Assembly: GCA_964016885.1 (NCBI GenBank)
Contig: OZ024741.1
Location: 165,230,001 to 165,294,000, forward strand
From: Eledone cirrhosa
Taxonomy: Eukaryota
Reading direction: 5' to 3'
DNA length: 64,000 nt
Part shown: positions 38,421 through 52,440 of the stretch, piece by piece
Numbering within the stretch: position 1 is the first letter of the stretch
Layout: each line of letters begins with the position of its first letter
Program-made: the position numbers and the translations under genes
The notes under the pieces: model-generated
Seen by the model: the letters and a program-made list of their open reading frames with translations, nothing else
Databases searched by the model: none
Told to the model about the DNA's origin: nothing

Positions 38421-41400
38421 TTATGCCAGGTTAAATTAGGGATTGACCTCTCTCTCTCTCGGCCTGCTGAAATCGCCTCTCACCCCCTCACTCTCACTAT
38501 CATATACGCTGCTCTCACACTCCCCCTCACTCCTTGCCAACCAAATATAAATAAGCCTTGCTACAGGGGACTAAACCCAGAATTTGTCTCCTATTATTGA
38601 TGGTCGCTTGTTCAGTTTTCTTCTACGAAATGTAACGTACATATTCATTTCTTCTCAACTCTCCACATTCGGTTCATTCATCTATATATCTTACAATCCC
38701 CCAGAATCAAAAAATCGTATTCAAAATTGGCTTTCTATAATTCTGTTCTGTCTCACCGTTGTTCTAAAAATAATTCTGCTCCTCACAAACTACCCCATAT
38801 CCCTCCTTCCCGCCCCCACTCTCCACCTTATTATTTGGATCAATCACAAGTAAACGACCTATGCTAGCACTTCTGGTTGCTTTTTCGATATGATGGATGA
38901 ACTAGGGAATTTCTGGAGAGTCAGAAGAATCTGGACACCCGAAGACAATGCAAAAGATAACGACAAATTCACCTCATGCTGCCGGACGAAAGGGCAAAGC
39001 CCCACCCTCTTTGTTGCGGCCGCGGATGGCCAACATAACCCCAACCCCATCAACCACACCCCTCCCTGCACCCCACCCACCAAACGCAATCCAAAACTTC
39101 AGAGTTGGTACCATGAATGTAGGGACCTTAAAAGGCCGCTCAAACGAGGTTGTAGAAATGCTTGAAGGTAAGGAGGTTGATGTCTGCTGCATCCAAGAGA
39201 CCAGGTGGAGGGGTGGGTCTGCTAGATTCATTGAGGGTAAAAAACGATGTTATAAGCTTTTCTGGGTGGGAAATGACAATGGGCTGGGTGGAGTAGGAAT
39301 CATGTTAGCAGAAAAATGGGTGGATAAGATAATAGACGTAAATAGAGTAAACGACAGAATAATTAAAATAAGACTTGTTCTAAATAGAACTACTGTGACG
39401 ATAATATCTGCGTACGCGCCCCAATTCGGACTGCCTGGCGCTATAAAAGACACTTTCTATGAGACACTGATGCTCACTACCTCCCAAATAACCGACAGTG
39501 ACTATAATTATTGCTGGAGACCTAAATGGTCACGTTGGACAACATTGTGATGGCTATGATGAAATCCATGGAGGCTATGGGTTTGGTACTAGAAATGAGG
39601 AAAGCTCCAGAATCCTGGAATTCTGTGACACAAATAACCTAACAATCTGTAACACTAACTTCAAAAAGTGAGACAATCACTTGATCACCTACAGATCAGG
39701 GGAACATACTAGCCAGGTAGATTATATCCTTACCAGAAGACGTGACAAAGTTACTGTTGTAAACACTAAATCCCTCCCCCATGAAGAATGCACCTCCCAA
39801 CATAGACTGATAATTAGCGACCTCATAGTCAGGACGAGACGTACTCGACAGCAGAAGAGGACTATCCTCAAGAGAAAAATATGGAAGCTAAAGGACCCCA
39901 CAGCCAGAAATAAATTTCAAAGCATATTACTTGATGCTTTCGACAGTAAGGAAGAGCATTTAGAGTCGGACAATATAGAGGGACAGTGGGAATTCCTGAA
40001 AGCAAACCTGCTGATGGCGGCAGACGAAGTCTGTGGCCGGAGCAGGCCTATAGGCAGGAGGAGAGTAACATGGTGGTGGAACAGTAAGGTGGAGGAGTCG
40101 ATTAAGGCCAAAAAGCAGGCTTGGAAAGTATGGCGGGATAGGGGAAGTAAAGAAGACGATCAAGTGGCCAGGAGGGAAGCTAGGAGACAAGTGTACTTCG
40201 CAAGAAGGGAAGCAGAGGAAAGAAAGTTCAAGCATGTTCTACAACGCGAGGACCAAAAACGTGAGGTGTTCAGGATTGCTAGGCAATGTGTCAAGGAAAA
40301 CCGTGATATTGTTGGGGAGAAGTGTGTACTAAATGATGATGGCGTACTCGCCATCACTGACGCTGATAAGAAGGTCGCTTGGAAGTGTCACTACGAGAGG
40401 CTACTAAATGAGGAGAATAAATGGGAGAAGGATAGTCTCCCCCAGATCGATCCAATAGAGGAACCAGCAGTGTTAGTTGAAGGTAGTATAATAAGTAAGG
40501 CAATCAAAGATATGAAGACGGGTAACGCAATCAAAGGTAAGTAAGGCAATCAAAGATATGAAGACGGGTAACTGGCGTAGCAGCATCATCATTAACTGTT
40601 ACAAGGGTAAAGGAGACGCCCTAGATAGGAGTAACTATAGAGGGATTAAATTAATCGACCAGGTTATGAAGGTCACGGAAAAAGTAATAGTGCAACTAAT
40701 CAGAGAGAGAATCGATCTAGATGAAATGCAGTTCGGGTTTGTGTCAGGCAAAAGTACCACAGACGCTCTTTTCATTGTACGACAACTACAGGAGAAGTAC
40801 CTAGCTAAAAGTAAACCCCTATACTTAGCCTTTGTCGACTTGAAGAAAGCCTTCGACAGAGTCCCCCGTTCCATTATCTGGTGGGCTCTTAGAAAACTAG
40901 GTGTTGACGAATGGCTTGTGAGAGCTATACAAGCCATGTATAAAGAAATAGTGAGCAAGGTTAGAATTAACAACGAATATAGTGAAGAGTTTAGTGTAAA
41001 AGTTGGTGTCCATCAGGGCTCTGTTCTTAGCCCCCTACTATTCATTATTGCTCTTCAGGCTATAACGGAGTTCAAGACCGGCTGCCCATGGGAACTCCTA
41101 TACGCAGATGACCTAACGCTCATAGCTGAATCAATGGCCGAGCTAGAGAAGAAATTCCAAACATGGAAGCACGCCCTAGAATCAAAAGGCCTTAAAATTA
41201 ACCTGGCTAAGACTAAAGTTCTAGTTTGTAGGAAAGAAAATAAGGCGCCAGTCCCTTCCGGGAAATGGCCATGCTCAGTGTGTAGGAAAGGCGTAGGTAG
41301 AAACTCCATTTTATGTCCCAATGCAAAGTATGGGTGCATAAAAGATGTAGTGGGATCACAGGTAAGCTAACTAAGAACACAGATTTTACATGTGGCCGGT

Positions 41401-42441
41401 GCTCTGGTGCAATAAGTAGCAGCAAGTGCCCACAAAATACTAGCTCTTTCAACTGCGCAGAGGGTTCTATAGAAATAGTGGACAGCTTCCGTTACCTGGG
41501 TGACAAAATCAGCAGTGGGGGAGGGTGCTCTAAAAGTACAGTAGCTAGAGTCAGAACTGGATGGAAAAAGTTCAGAGAGCTTATACCACTATTAGCCGCT
41601 AAAGGGTTCTCCCTAAAAATGAAAGGCAGGTTGTATGATGCCTGCATACGAACAGCAATGTTGCATGGCAGTGAGACCTGGGCATTGTGTGCAGAGGATA
41701 TACGCAGACTAGAGAGGAACGAAGTTTGCATGCTCTGCTGGATGTGTAATAGTAATATACGCGAACGGCAAAGCATAAACGAACTAAGGAAAAAATTAGA
41801 AATAAGAGGGATCAGATGTTGTTTACTCGAGAGAAGGCTACGTTGGTATGGTCACGTGATGCGCATGAAAGACGACAGCTGTATAGCAAAGTGCAGGGCA
41901 ATAAAGATAGACGGTAGCCACGGAGTAGGCAGACCCAGAAAAACCTGGGACGAGCTGATAAATTCCGACCTCACACACTTACACCTCTCCAAGACAATGT
42001 CACTTGACCGAGACCTTTGGCGGTACTCAGTAATAGAGAAGACCCGCCTTACCTAAATACAAAGTAAAACCTACTACATCAGTAGGCATCTCTAACAAAA
42101 TACACCCCCGTCCCATCACCCCCACCCCATCCACACCGCCCCTTTCAATGTAAAGTTATGTTGGTGCCACAAAATCCAGGCCGAAACAAATGAGATCGTG
42201 TAGGTGTCACGACAAAAAAACACACAGTCCACGCTGTAATGTGACCGTGTAGGCAACACGGTAAAAACCTCCCAGCCCCACACTGTAAATGTGGTTGGTG
42301 TTAGGAAGGGCACCCAACTGTAGAAAACCCGCCAGACAGTCCTATGCGAGCAAGACAACCACTCTTGCCTCAAGTGGGAAAACTCCCGTCCAAACCCATG
42401 CAAGCGTGGAACATGGACGTTAAACGATGATGATGATGATG
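38421..42441 (+). mobile_element. Near full-length RTE-clade LINE, family A (5'UTR, APE endonuclease, RT, PHD-like finger, 3'UTR); several frameshifts and stops
   Basis: APE motifs VGTMNVGTL, CCIQETRW, ISAYAPQ, SQVDYIL; RT motifs NYRGIKL, QFGF, YADD; 3'UTR nearly identical to 1306-1656; (GAT)n tail. The 5' boundary is approximate. Confidence 0.95.
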
Positions 42442-42593
42442 ACACACACACATTTACACATATATATATATATACACACACACACACATATATATCTATA
42501 TATATATATATATATATATACGCATTATATAGAGACACACACCTATATGTAAATTTGTGCGTGTGAGATATTAGTAGTTAAAACCAGCACGAC

Positions 42594-42624
<31 letters not shown>

Positions 42625-42895
42625 TTATATATATATATATTGTATGCCCTTTGTGTTTGTGTAGCCTCTGCACACCCTCTGCACCCTACTATCGACGCCA
42701 CCCCATCTATGGTTCAGCTAACCACTCGACTCCCGGGAATGAATATGACCGCAGCTAGTAAACAAGGAACCACACCCCACCCCCCGCACCAAAATTAGAC
42801 TTATCGTCCCCTACTTTTGCTCTTTACTCTCTTTACTCTTTGTTCTTGAATGTTTGGTTGGTAGAGTCCATAACACCAATCAAACCCCTTTTATA

Positions 42896-42940
42896 GCTCT
42901 GACGAATCCTACGGTTACGTAAGGAAGAAACATTGTAAGC
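42896..42940 (+). ncRNA. Type I hammerhead ribozyme, complete core
   Basis: GCU-CUGACGA-A-UCCUACG(GUUA)CGUAAGGA-A-GAAAC-AUU-GUA^-AGC, then AATAAA at 42942-42947; inside a 350-bp insert flanked by (TA)n. Confidence 0.78.
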
Positions 42941-43665
42941 CAATAAAAATCTTTTGATGTTGTCGACGCTCTTGTGTTCTTTATCATATATATATATATA
43001 TATATTTATATATATTAGCAGGAAAAGTGGATGTCAAAATGACACTTATGATTATGACGATGATAATGATATATATAAATATATATAACACACACACACA
43101 GGCATATATATATATATATATACACATAAATGACAATGTGTGAATATATATATATATGAATTCCTAATGTACAGTTCCAGTATGCATGTGTATGTGTGTG
43201 TGTGCATGTGCACATGCCCATCTCAGCTGCCAGTTAGATAGTTCAAATGTCAAAATTAACCAAATTCAATATCTTCTATTTGGCAATGGAAATACACTGT
43301 ACTAATAGATCATTAAATGCAATTCTTCGTCTAAAGTTGGAAAATTATTTTTCTGATTTATTTTTCTCTTTCCTGGCAGTCTGATAAATGTTTATTGTTA
43401 TTATTGTTGTTGGTGGTTACTGTAATTTTTGTTGATTTTATTTTTTCTTCTCAAATTCTAAAATATCTAAACTTTTGGAGCATTTCCAACATTTTACCCC
43501 ATATTGTAAAAACATATAAATGCACACTCCCTTGTCACCGTTTAGAAATATAGCATGTACACACACAGATCTCATCAGAGATATATTGCTCTATGAATCT
43601 CTCTCTCTCATATCATCATCATCATCATTTAACGTCCATGCTCCACGCTTGCATGGGTTTGGACG

Positions 43666-43711
<46 letters not shown>

Positions 43712-44025
43712 CACATGCACACACATAAATGTATGTATGAGCTTCTGTGTACCATTTTGAGATCTTTTTAAATCTGATTTTGACAAGTGCACAAGCTAAA
43801 CAACTTTTAGACAAGCTTGGAACAAATGTTTTTTTTTTTTAGCCACGTATCTCTTTTGGCTATTCCGATGTTACTCCTGACATTGCTTTGGCATTGTGAT
43901 ATCACTTGATCAATTAAACCAATAAAAGATACTACATACGTAATCCCTACTCTCTGGAAGTCAATTTAAAATTAAGAAAAAAAAAAATCATTTTTTTTTA
44001 GAGGGCTACAACAATACAAATAGGA

Positions 44026-44256
44026 GTGCATTACTGGTACTTTATTTTATCGACCCCGTGCATTACTGGTACTTTATTTTATCGACCCCGTGCATTACTG
44101 GTACTTTATTTTATTGACCCCGTAAAGATGAAAGGCAAAGTTAACCTCGGCAGGATTTGAACTCAGAATGGAAAGGGACGTAACTATGCTGGAAAGCATG
44201 GCATCCGACCCTCTACCGATAGGACGCCATGCTTTCCAGCATAGTTACGTCCCTTT
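44026..44256 (-). mobile_element. Rearranged SINE family 1 copy (32-bp triplication plus inverted head fragment)
   Basis: GTGCATTACTGGTACTTTATTTTATCGACCCC x3 at 44026-44121; 44222-44256 inverts about 44172-44206. Confidence 0.85.
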
Positions 44257-44407
44257 CTGTTGATTGAACCACCTGGAGAACATGTCTTTGAAAACAACAG
44301 AGATCAAACAATGTGTGTGTGTTGTGTGTGTCTGTGTATGTGTGTATCTGTCTGTGTGTGTCTGTATGTGTCTGTGTGTGTGTGTGTGTGACTGTATGTG
44401 TGTGTGT

Positions 44408-44439
<32 letters not shown>

Positions 44440-44629
44440 CTCTGTGTGTGTCTTTACTCCACATTGACACAGTTTGAACAATTGTTGGCAGTTTCCCCAT
44501 ATGAAAATTAGTAGCATACTTATTTAAAGGTATTTGGCCAAAGAAAACTACATTAAAGAAGCTAGGAAAGATGGACATAAATGATGATGACATAAATAGG
44601 GAGGAAGAAATAAATCTGTTGTTGTGATG

Positions 44630-44790
44630 ATGATTGTTCCAGTTGATCTATCAATGAAAAGGTCTGCTCATAAAATAAATGTGGAAGGGACTTAGCATCC
44701 TCAGATGTTTACCCTTGATGTAATTCTTGGGAAGATTCAGCATGATACAAGGCCGGCCCTTTGAATTACAAGTACAGTCCATTTAACAAG
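44630..44790 (+). repeat. Dispersed repeat family (TTCCAG.T...GGAAGATTCAG...CTTTGAA); copies at about 23115-23215 and 57262-57640 (split by a MITE)
   Basis: Mutual similarity of three decayed copies. Confidence 0.5.
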
Positions 44791-47700
44791 CTTCCAAACA
44801 GTTTCCATCAACCAAAATTCCTTCACATGGTTCAGGTCAATCTGTGGGCTTCGTAAATGATACATGCCCAAGATGCCATACAGTGGAATTGAACCTGTGA
44901 CTTAATAATTGCAAATCTTTTTAACCATTCAACTATGCTGCTTCCACAATGATGTTAACTTTTTTTTATACAACCCACCTGAAACATTGATTTTATGATA
45001 CAAAACTGCCCATTTAAAAATATCCATGCTTATATAACAATCTTCCAGCATAATTTAATTACAGAAAATTATTTTTAAATACTGTGTCCAAACATTAGCA
45101 TTAGAACCCCTTTGGTCATGAATGACCATGGGATTTGCACTGAGAAAGGTTTTCTCTGAGGCACAAGTCCAGGCAAGGTTGTTTGTGGAAGACCAGCAGT
45201 CACCCATTCAGACCAGCCTCCCCTCTCTACGACACTGATGTTGTCCAAGGGAAAGGCAATGGCTGATACAGCTTGGTCCTAGTGACATCGCAACTCATTT
45301 TTACAGCTGAGGAAACTTGAGCAACGTGAAATAAAGTGTCTTACACAAGGACACAATGCAAAGCCTGGTCTGAGAATCAAACTCACAACCTCATGATTGT
45401 AAGCCTTAACTTACAAATGAAAATGTTAGTTATTTCATTAAATTCCTTCCAATTTTTATTACTATTATTTTCAAAATTAATTGAAACACATAAGCAGTGA
45501 CTTTCATTAGAGATACAGTAACAAAAGGGTCAATAATGTCAACAAGAGCAACAGCAGCAACATTTCCATCAATAGCTTCTCCTTGTTATTGCTACTATGT
45601 AGATGTGAAAGTAGAGGACATAGGCAGATGTATTTGACACAGTAAACCAGTGACTGCTAATTACATAATTGACCAGTGAACCAAACATCTAACAAGCAAG
45701 TAGTTTTTCGACCAGTTAAATCAATAGACAGAACAACAGCAGCAGTATCAAACTTCCATCTCCTGCCAGCTTCCTACAATACAATCATCATCTCAAGCAA
45801 ATGCAGAAGAAATATTTGAAGTGAATTACACAAATCTTCTATACGTTGCTGAGAATTGTTGCTCGTTCAATTAAACTTTAAAATCGACTTCAACTATTAA
45901 CACAATCTAGTTTTTAGCAGTTTAAACTTTCAAATAAAGTTATCCAACTCTTTCCAATAAATATATAAATTCAGTAAGCAAAATATCTCACCATTTATAT
46001 TTTATCTTAGTTTATTTTTCCATACACTATATTCTACCATTTCCACTGCCTGCATAACATACCAATCTAATTGTTAATTAATGCCATTATTAGGCTGGCA
46101 AGGTAGTAAAAATGGTAAAGTGCCAGGCTAAATGCATATTTCAGTTGATTCCCATTCCAATTTTTATTCACTTTCATTGGATGGCATGAGGTCAACTTTC
46201 CTCGTTTTCCACCCCTCCAGGGTTTATATAACAAGAAACAGTAATAAACCAGGCTTATTTTAATGGCTATAGTCCGTGCCTTATAAAACCTGACTTTGAT
46301 TCTACATAAGAATTCAAGATGAAATAAATAGGGCCTCCTCAGAAATAACAGTTATATATATGTAAGTGTGGAAAAACATAAAAAACAATGATGATGAAGT
46401 GCTTCATTCAATAACTATAGATTAACCATTTCACATTTAAACCAGCTGTATCCAGCCAGAATTCTCACCTCTTTCTATTCAAACTGGCCATAACCAGCTG
46501 CTCATACTTATGTTAAGGTATTGTTTGCAAAATAAATAAGATAAAAATCTCGTAGATTCGATATTATGTGACAGAAAGTGTTTACCGTGAAAATACAATA
46601 GTAAATATAGAGTAATGTAAATGCTAAAGGGTTAATATTATACTAGTTTTACTAGCCTTTACATATACTTTATTTAAATTCTTTAGGCTAACCCTATGAT
46701 GAATTGACACCCCATTCAAGAGGCAGTTGTATACTCTTAGTTGCTTAATATCAATGAAATTGATGTAAGCTGCAGCCTGGTAAGTGGCTAGACTTATAAG
46801 CTACTCACATTCCAAAAGTGTTATTACAGTACAACCAATAACTTGAACATTCCAGTTCCAACATGGAGTAAAATGAACTTCAATGTAGGCAATTAATTAA
46901 ACTTTTCAATAGAGAAAGAACTTTGAAATATTCATTTCAGTTTATAAATTGAAGAAAATGAAAAGAAAGGACCAATCCTTAGATCAAACCAAGTAAAATA
47001 ATATATCTCAATTGATTTTTACATTTCTGATACTATCTACTAGTTGGAACTCGTGTCAAGAGCATCATTGCTTTTCTGGTAACAGGAGGTGGGGTTTGAA
47101 CTCAGAACATACAGAGCTGGAACATATACCACCAAGCATTCCATCTAATTCTAACAATTCTACTAATCTCCCACCTACAGAATGGTATTTATTTATTGAC
47201 CCAGAAATGATGGAAGGTAAAGTTGTCCTCAGCATGATTTGAATTCAGAATGCAGTAAGATAGATCATATGCTCCAGTGACTCAGACAATTAGCCACCAT
47301 ACAAGTTCAATTATCTATACAACAAATAGAGTGCTGGAAGGAAATATGTTTTTATTATTTTCTTGCAAATCATCTATTTTGAATGGCTATATTATATAAA
47401 ATATATATTTGGAACCATCATTCTTTAGCTCAACTCCTCGGTCCAGTACATGTGTTAGCTCATTTGGAACAAAGTTTCATTGTTCTTGATAAGCTAACCT
47501 AACATAAGTCAATATGAGGAATTCAGTTGTAGAATGACAGTTCTGATAAAATATATAAACTTTACAGATTAATGTGTATTGAGTACTACAGTGAATCTGA
47601 TTTTTCAAGTTCCCCAATTTCTAAAATGGCTGACTAACTACACACATGTTCTCCTACTGTCTAAAATGTTTGCATTTTCTTTCTTTTCATCTTCTCATCT

Positions 47701-48207
47701 ACCTTCCTACCCATGACATTCTCTTCTCTCATTCTCATTGTATCTTCCAATAAAGGACTAATGTTGGAAACATTAATTCTTTTCCTAATATATCAAGCGC
47801 TAAACTAATATATATATCATCAATGTATTGTATTGTTCTCTTGTGTTTTTTCCTTTTAATTTGGCTCTCATTAACAGCATAGCAGTTTCTATAACAGCAG
47901 AATTTCTGTCGCCACCACACAACCCCTACCACCCACTTTGATTGTGCCTACCAATCCCATAATGCTTTGCATTGACAAATTATTCTACAACAACAATAAC
48001 ACCTATTTCATGGGCGATCTCCAAATCAAATATTTTCTCTATTCTCTGTTTGCCGTAATTCCTTTTATTGACTACCTAATTATGCAATTCACACCTGATG
48101 ATGTTACCAGGACCTTATGTAACCAGGCCATTGAAATATATCTAGTATTTTTGGCAGAAATAAAACTTTAAAGGGATATTACCAGTCTGGCCTCCTGTTA
48201 TTTGAAT

Positions 48208-48248
<41 letters not shown>

Positions 48249-49300
48249 ATACACACACACACACAGATATAGATATACACATACATGTGGTGGGCTTTTG
48301 CAGTTTCTGTCTACCAAATTCCACTCATGCTGCACAATGTTGTGCAGCATGAATGAACCCCCAGAACGATGTGCTTGCAAAACACTCCTTAATCACACAG
48401 CCATTTAGCGTCCATTTTTCCATGCTAGCATGGGTTAGACAAGTTGTTCCCTTGTGAGACAAGTCAGTTCAGGTGACCATGACTTGCTCATATATAACTG
48501 ATTCTGGCTTGGTTTCTACAGTTGGATACCCTTACTAATGCCAACCAAATTTACAGTGTGTACTGTATATATATATGTGTACACATATATACATATGTAT
48601 ATATATACACACACACTCATACATATGAATATATACATACACACACATATATATCTATCTCTCTCTCTCTCTATATATATATATATAGGAACGAGTGGGA
48701 CCCCGACGGCTGAGCTCAAGCCGTTTCGACGGCTAATTCTGGACTCCAGAATTCTGGAGTCCAGAATTAGCTTGAAACGGCTTGAGTTCAGCCGTCGGGA
48801 TCCCACTCGTTCCTATTACCCACTCTACTACCCTAAGTATTGAGTACTTTGGTGCGTTATGGTCCACCTGGTTTATTACCACATTTCCTTCGTTATATAT
48901 ATATATATATATATATATTAAATTTGAAAGTTAGAAGCATGAACATTGTTTGACTATGGAAAATAGTCTAATAGGTTGAGCACATATACCTGCAGACAGA
49001 AAAAAATAGAGTGTTTCCATATGTACTGCCTGATTTGTTGGTGGTGCTTTAATGTAATGGTTTTACACAGCAAAATGGTATATTGCGGGAGTGAGTTTGA
49101 GTCCCATGGGCAGTGCTGTTAAGATATTTTCCATATTCAGTGTTTATATGCCAAACTTAGACTATTTTTATAGTCAAACAATGTTGATGCCTCTAACTTT
49201 CAAATTCAAAACTTCTTATCGCTTAATAGTTCTAAAAATGAATTGTTACACAAACAAACACACACACACACACTCTAGCACATACATATATATATATATA

Positions 49301-49380
49301 TAGGGTGGGGCATAAACATCTCCCACATTTTGAAAGGATATAAAAAAAGATGTGGGAGATTTTTACACCCCCACCCTGTA
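49301..49380. mobile_element. Tiny Tc1/mariner-type MITE; a similar one at 4311-4393
   Basis: Terminal inverted repeats of about 28 bp (AGGGTGGGG..ATCTCCCACAT) flanked by TA. Confidence 0.6.
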
Positions 49381-50859
49381 TATTCCATTTTATATTTATC
49401 AATGCAGAGAAAAAATATCAAAATCTTTGCTAAAATTGTCATAGTGCCGACGGCTTAAAACAATAATTTATTGATAAACTCCTCGAATTGAAAAAATTCA
49501 CATTAATAGAAAAAGAAAATTCGAAAATGATGAAATAAAATTACATTCTAAAAGGTTCTATATTGATAAGAATGTGATAATAAATGCTAACAAGTTGTAC
49601 TATACGTGTTAGCTCTATTGAGGATTCTTAAACAAATATCCAAATTGCTCTCTACTATCACATATATTTACAGCATCTTCTAGCCCCCTTCAATGGAATG
49701 TTGCTACAAAGTTTCATGGCAGAAATATTTACTGCAGTGATTAGAATCTTCTATGAATAAATATCAAGCATTTTTATCATTTTCACTACTAACATCACCA
49801 TCACCACTACCATCATCATTTTCCTATCTCCTTCTTCCATGTTTACATGGAAGAGATGACAGTTCTTCTATTGCCATATAACCAGCCAGACACTAATCCA
49901 TACTTTAGTCTTATGTAGTCTAATGTTCCTCAAACTACTACACTGAGATATTGTATATGAGAAATGACAATATGAAGACATCTGTACAATTACACACACA
50001 AACGCACAGACATGCACAAACACAAACACATGACATTTTCCACATAATTTCTGTCACTGAAATTCATTCAAAATAGTATTGGTCAACCTGGGGCTATATT
50101 AAAAGACACTAACCAAATTACAAAATTTTGAAGTATTTGTGATTTAATTTCAGATAGTTGCTGGCTATTTTACTGAAAGACCAATTTCAGATAAATGTTT
50201 TAAAGCTACAATTTTGGAAATTTATAGAACTAGAATTTTTTTCAACACGCTGACGTGTAATGTGTATATGTCTGTGTATGTGTGTATGTGCATACGCATA
50301 CATTTATTTGTATGAGTGTATAAATATAAGCGTGCAAACACAGACACACTTACAAAAATACATTCACACAAACACACTCACAGCGTATCAAATGGAACAC
50401 CAGCTGCTGTTTTGCTATAGTTTTTACACCATCCCCTTCCTTCCTTTTACACACACATACATTCAAACAAACACACACACACATTGTGATGGACAGAAGT
50501 TACTCAAATTTATATATAGATACAGAAACAAAAATTTAAATGAAAAAATAAAAATATGATATAAACTAAGATCATAAAAAAGGTAGGTTTAATGTTCTTC
50601 ATTTTCATCATATAGTTATCCTAGGAGACGACAGAATAGTCAATATAAATTGTGTGTAAGTATGGTGGATTGGCAGATAAAATGCCATTGTAAATGTGGT
50701 TGGCATTAGGAAGGGCATCCAGCAGTAAAATCCATGCCAAAATCAGCCCCAGGTGAGCAAAACATGGTCCTCTGACCTGATTCTCTCCCAAATGATCAAC
50801 CCGTCCTACCCGTGCTAGTGTGGAAAATGGACATTAAATGATGATGATGATGTATTCGT

Positions 50860-51597
50860 TCTGGCTTTTTACATCCTGAGTTCAAATCCCACCAAAGTCA
50901 AAGTTTCCTTTCATCTTTCCAGGATCAATAATAGTTCAAGTCAAATACTGGAATTTTGCCCTTACCCCAAATTTGCTAGCCTTGCGCCTAAATTAGAAAT
51001 CAGTATTTTAGATTGGCAGAGCATGAAATAAAGTGCTATCGCTTATTTGTTCTGGTTCTTTACATTCTGAGTTCAAACCCTACTGAGGTCAAAGTTGGTT
51101 TTCATCCTTCCGAGGTTGATAAAATAAAGTACCAGTCAAGTACTGGGTTTGATTTCATCACTTTTGCCCTTCCCCAAGTTAGCTGGCTTTACACCAAGGT
51201 GGTGGATTGGCAGTATTTGTAGAGCATCAGACACCATGCTTTGCAGCATAGTTATGGCCCTTTACGTTCTAGGTTCAATCTTGACGAGGTTAACTTTGCC
51301 TTTCATCCTTACGGGGGTGATAAAATAAAGTACCAGTAATGTACTGGGGTAATTGATGGCCTTGTGCCAAAAGTAGAAACAATTATAAATTTTCTTTAAG
51401 TGGTGCATTGGTTGACTCATTAGAGTATCAGATAAAATGTTGTGGTCTTTAGTTATGACCCTTTATATTCTGAACCTTTGAAAACCTGCCAAGATCAACT
51501 TTACCTTTCATCTTTCTGTGGGAGAGGGTGATAAAATAAAGGGCCAATCATTTAATGAACAAACACCTGGTCATGTGCTTATATTAGAAACAAATAT
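50860..51597 (+). mobile_element. Cluster of about four SINE family 1 copies; more at 52583-52770 and 53078-53300 (+)
   Basis: Repeated GTTCAAA and CTTTCATC...GATAAAATAAAG motifs. Confidence 0.8.
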
Positions 51598-51622
51598 TAC
51601 CATTGGTTAATCATTATGTATA

Positions 51623-52440
51623 CTAGCAGAAAAACCATGTGTAGTGTGCATATTGACATTATACACAAATATATATGCATGTAGATATGATACGTCAAAT
51701 GAAAGGTACATTAACAATATGCACAGAAATTGAAGAGAGACTGTGTTATATTCTCTTCTATAATTAGTAAAGTAATCCAGGATGCATTTAAAAGATACGA
51801 TATTGTATATAAACTGCATTACGGCAAAAATTGTATGAAAACGAAAAAGGAGACAATGAGATTAGCGACGGAAATATAAATGTTTTGATATAACGATGAA
51901 AATATGTAAATGGTGTGATATAACGATGAAAATCTGTAAAAGTTTTGATATAACGATGAAAATATGTAAACGTTTTGATATAACGATGAAAATATGTAAA
52001 CGTTTTGATATAACGATGAAAATATGTAAAAGTTTTGATATAACGATGAAAATCTGTAAAAGTTTTGATATAACGATGAAAATATGTAAACGTTTTGATA
52101 TAACGATGAAAATATGTAAAAGTTTTGATATAACGATGAAAATATGTAAATGGTGTGATATAACGATGAAAATATGTAAACGTTTTGATATAACGATAAA
52201 AATATGTAAAAGTTTTGATATAACGATAAAAATATGTAAAAGTTTTGATATAACAATGAAAATATGTAAATGTTGTGATATAATGATGCAAATATATAAA
52301 TGTTTATATAAGCGATGTGATATAGCAATGAAAATATAGTGTACGGCAAATGTTATGATATAACGGACGCTAACGGATGTATTGACATTTGAAAATTTTA
52401 AAAGAAGTGAATCTAGAAATAAGCAATACATTATATATAA
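51623..52440 (-). mobile_element. Helitron-derived element carrying a 30-bp minisatellite
   Basis: 51623-51810 matches the Helitron 3' end at 19382-19570; the upstream boundary is approximate. Confidence 0.7.
51871..52310. repeat. 30-bp minisatellite, about 14 copies (GTTTTGATATAACGATGAAAATATGTAAAN)
   Basis: Directly visible 30-bp periodicity; explains the 10-aa-repeat ORFs on both strands. Confidence 0.95.

Noticed and set aside
51788-52431. 10-aa-repeat ORFs and CRISPR-like periodicity
   Set aside because: Head-to-tail minisatellite without unique spacers; eukaryotic context and no cas genes.
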